In this document: positions 63,911-64,000 of the stretch, in pieces
How positions within the stretch are numbered: the first letter of the stretch is position 1
Layout: each line of letters starts with the position of its first letter
NCBI GenBank assembly: GCA_013239625.1
Contig: MU054187.1
Span: 20,242,897 to 20,306,896 of the forward strand
Direction of reading: 5' to 3'
Length of the DNA stretch: 64,000 bases
Source: Lama guanicoe
Lineage: Eukaryota
Made by a program: the position numbers and the translations under genes
Notes under the pieces: generated by a model
Told to the model about the DNA's origin: nothing
What the model saw: only the letters and a program-made list of their open reading frames with translations
Databases searched by the model: none

Positions 63911-64000
63911 AAGCAGGAGATTGGCCTGACCCAGAAAGAGGCTCTAGCCCAGTCTTTCTCCAGCTATATGCTTTTTGTGGTTTTCAGGATTCTCCTCCTT

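Overview
AT-rich, CpG-depleted mammalian non-coding DNA (intergenic or deep intronic). I can support no protein-coding gene, RNA gene or prokaryotic-type system. The ORF-track entries are short, and each either lies in a decayed repeat or resembles no protein I recognise. The tRNA-Ala-derived SINE at 2812-2936 and the young L1 3' ends point to a camelid genome (camel/alpaca/llama). That is an inference from remembered repeat consensus sequences, not a database result. Much of the window is layered transposon debris: L1 fragments of several ages, L2, MIR, Tigger/MER2/MER44/MER5A/MER63 DNA transposons, and MaLR/ERVL/ERV1 LTRs. Family names are from recall and need RepeatMasker/Dfam confirmation; most boundaries are approximate. 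I did not find a convincing new biological system. The best leads are a ~530-bp CpG-retaining unique element containing a hairpin (17150-17680), an L1 with twin-priming geometry (57325-58189), young insertions with perfect target-site duplications (TSDs), a Tigger transposase remnant, and several motif-dense candidate enhancers.
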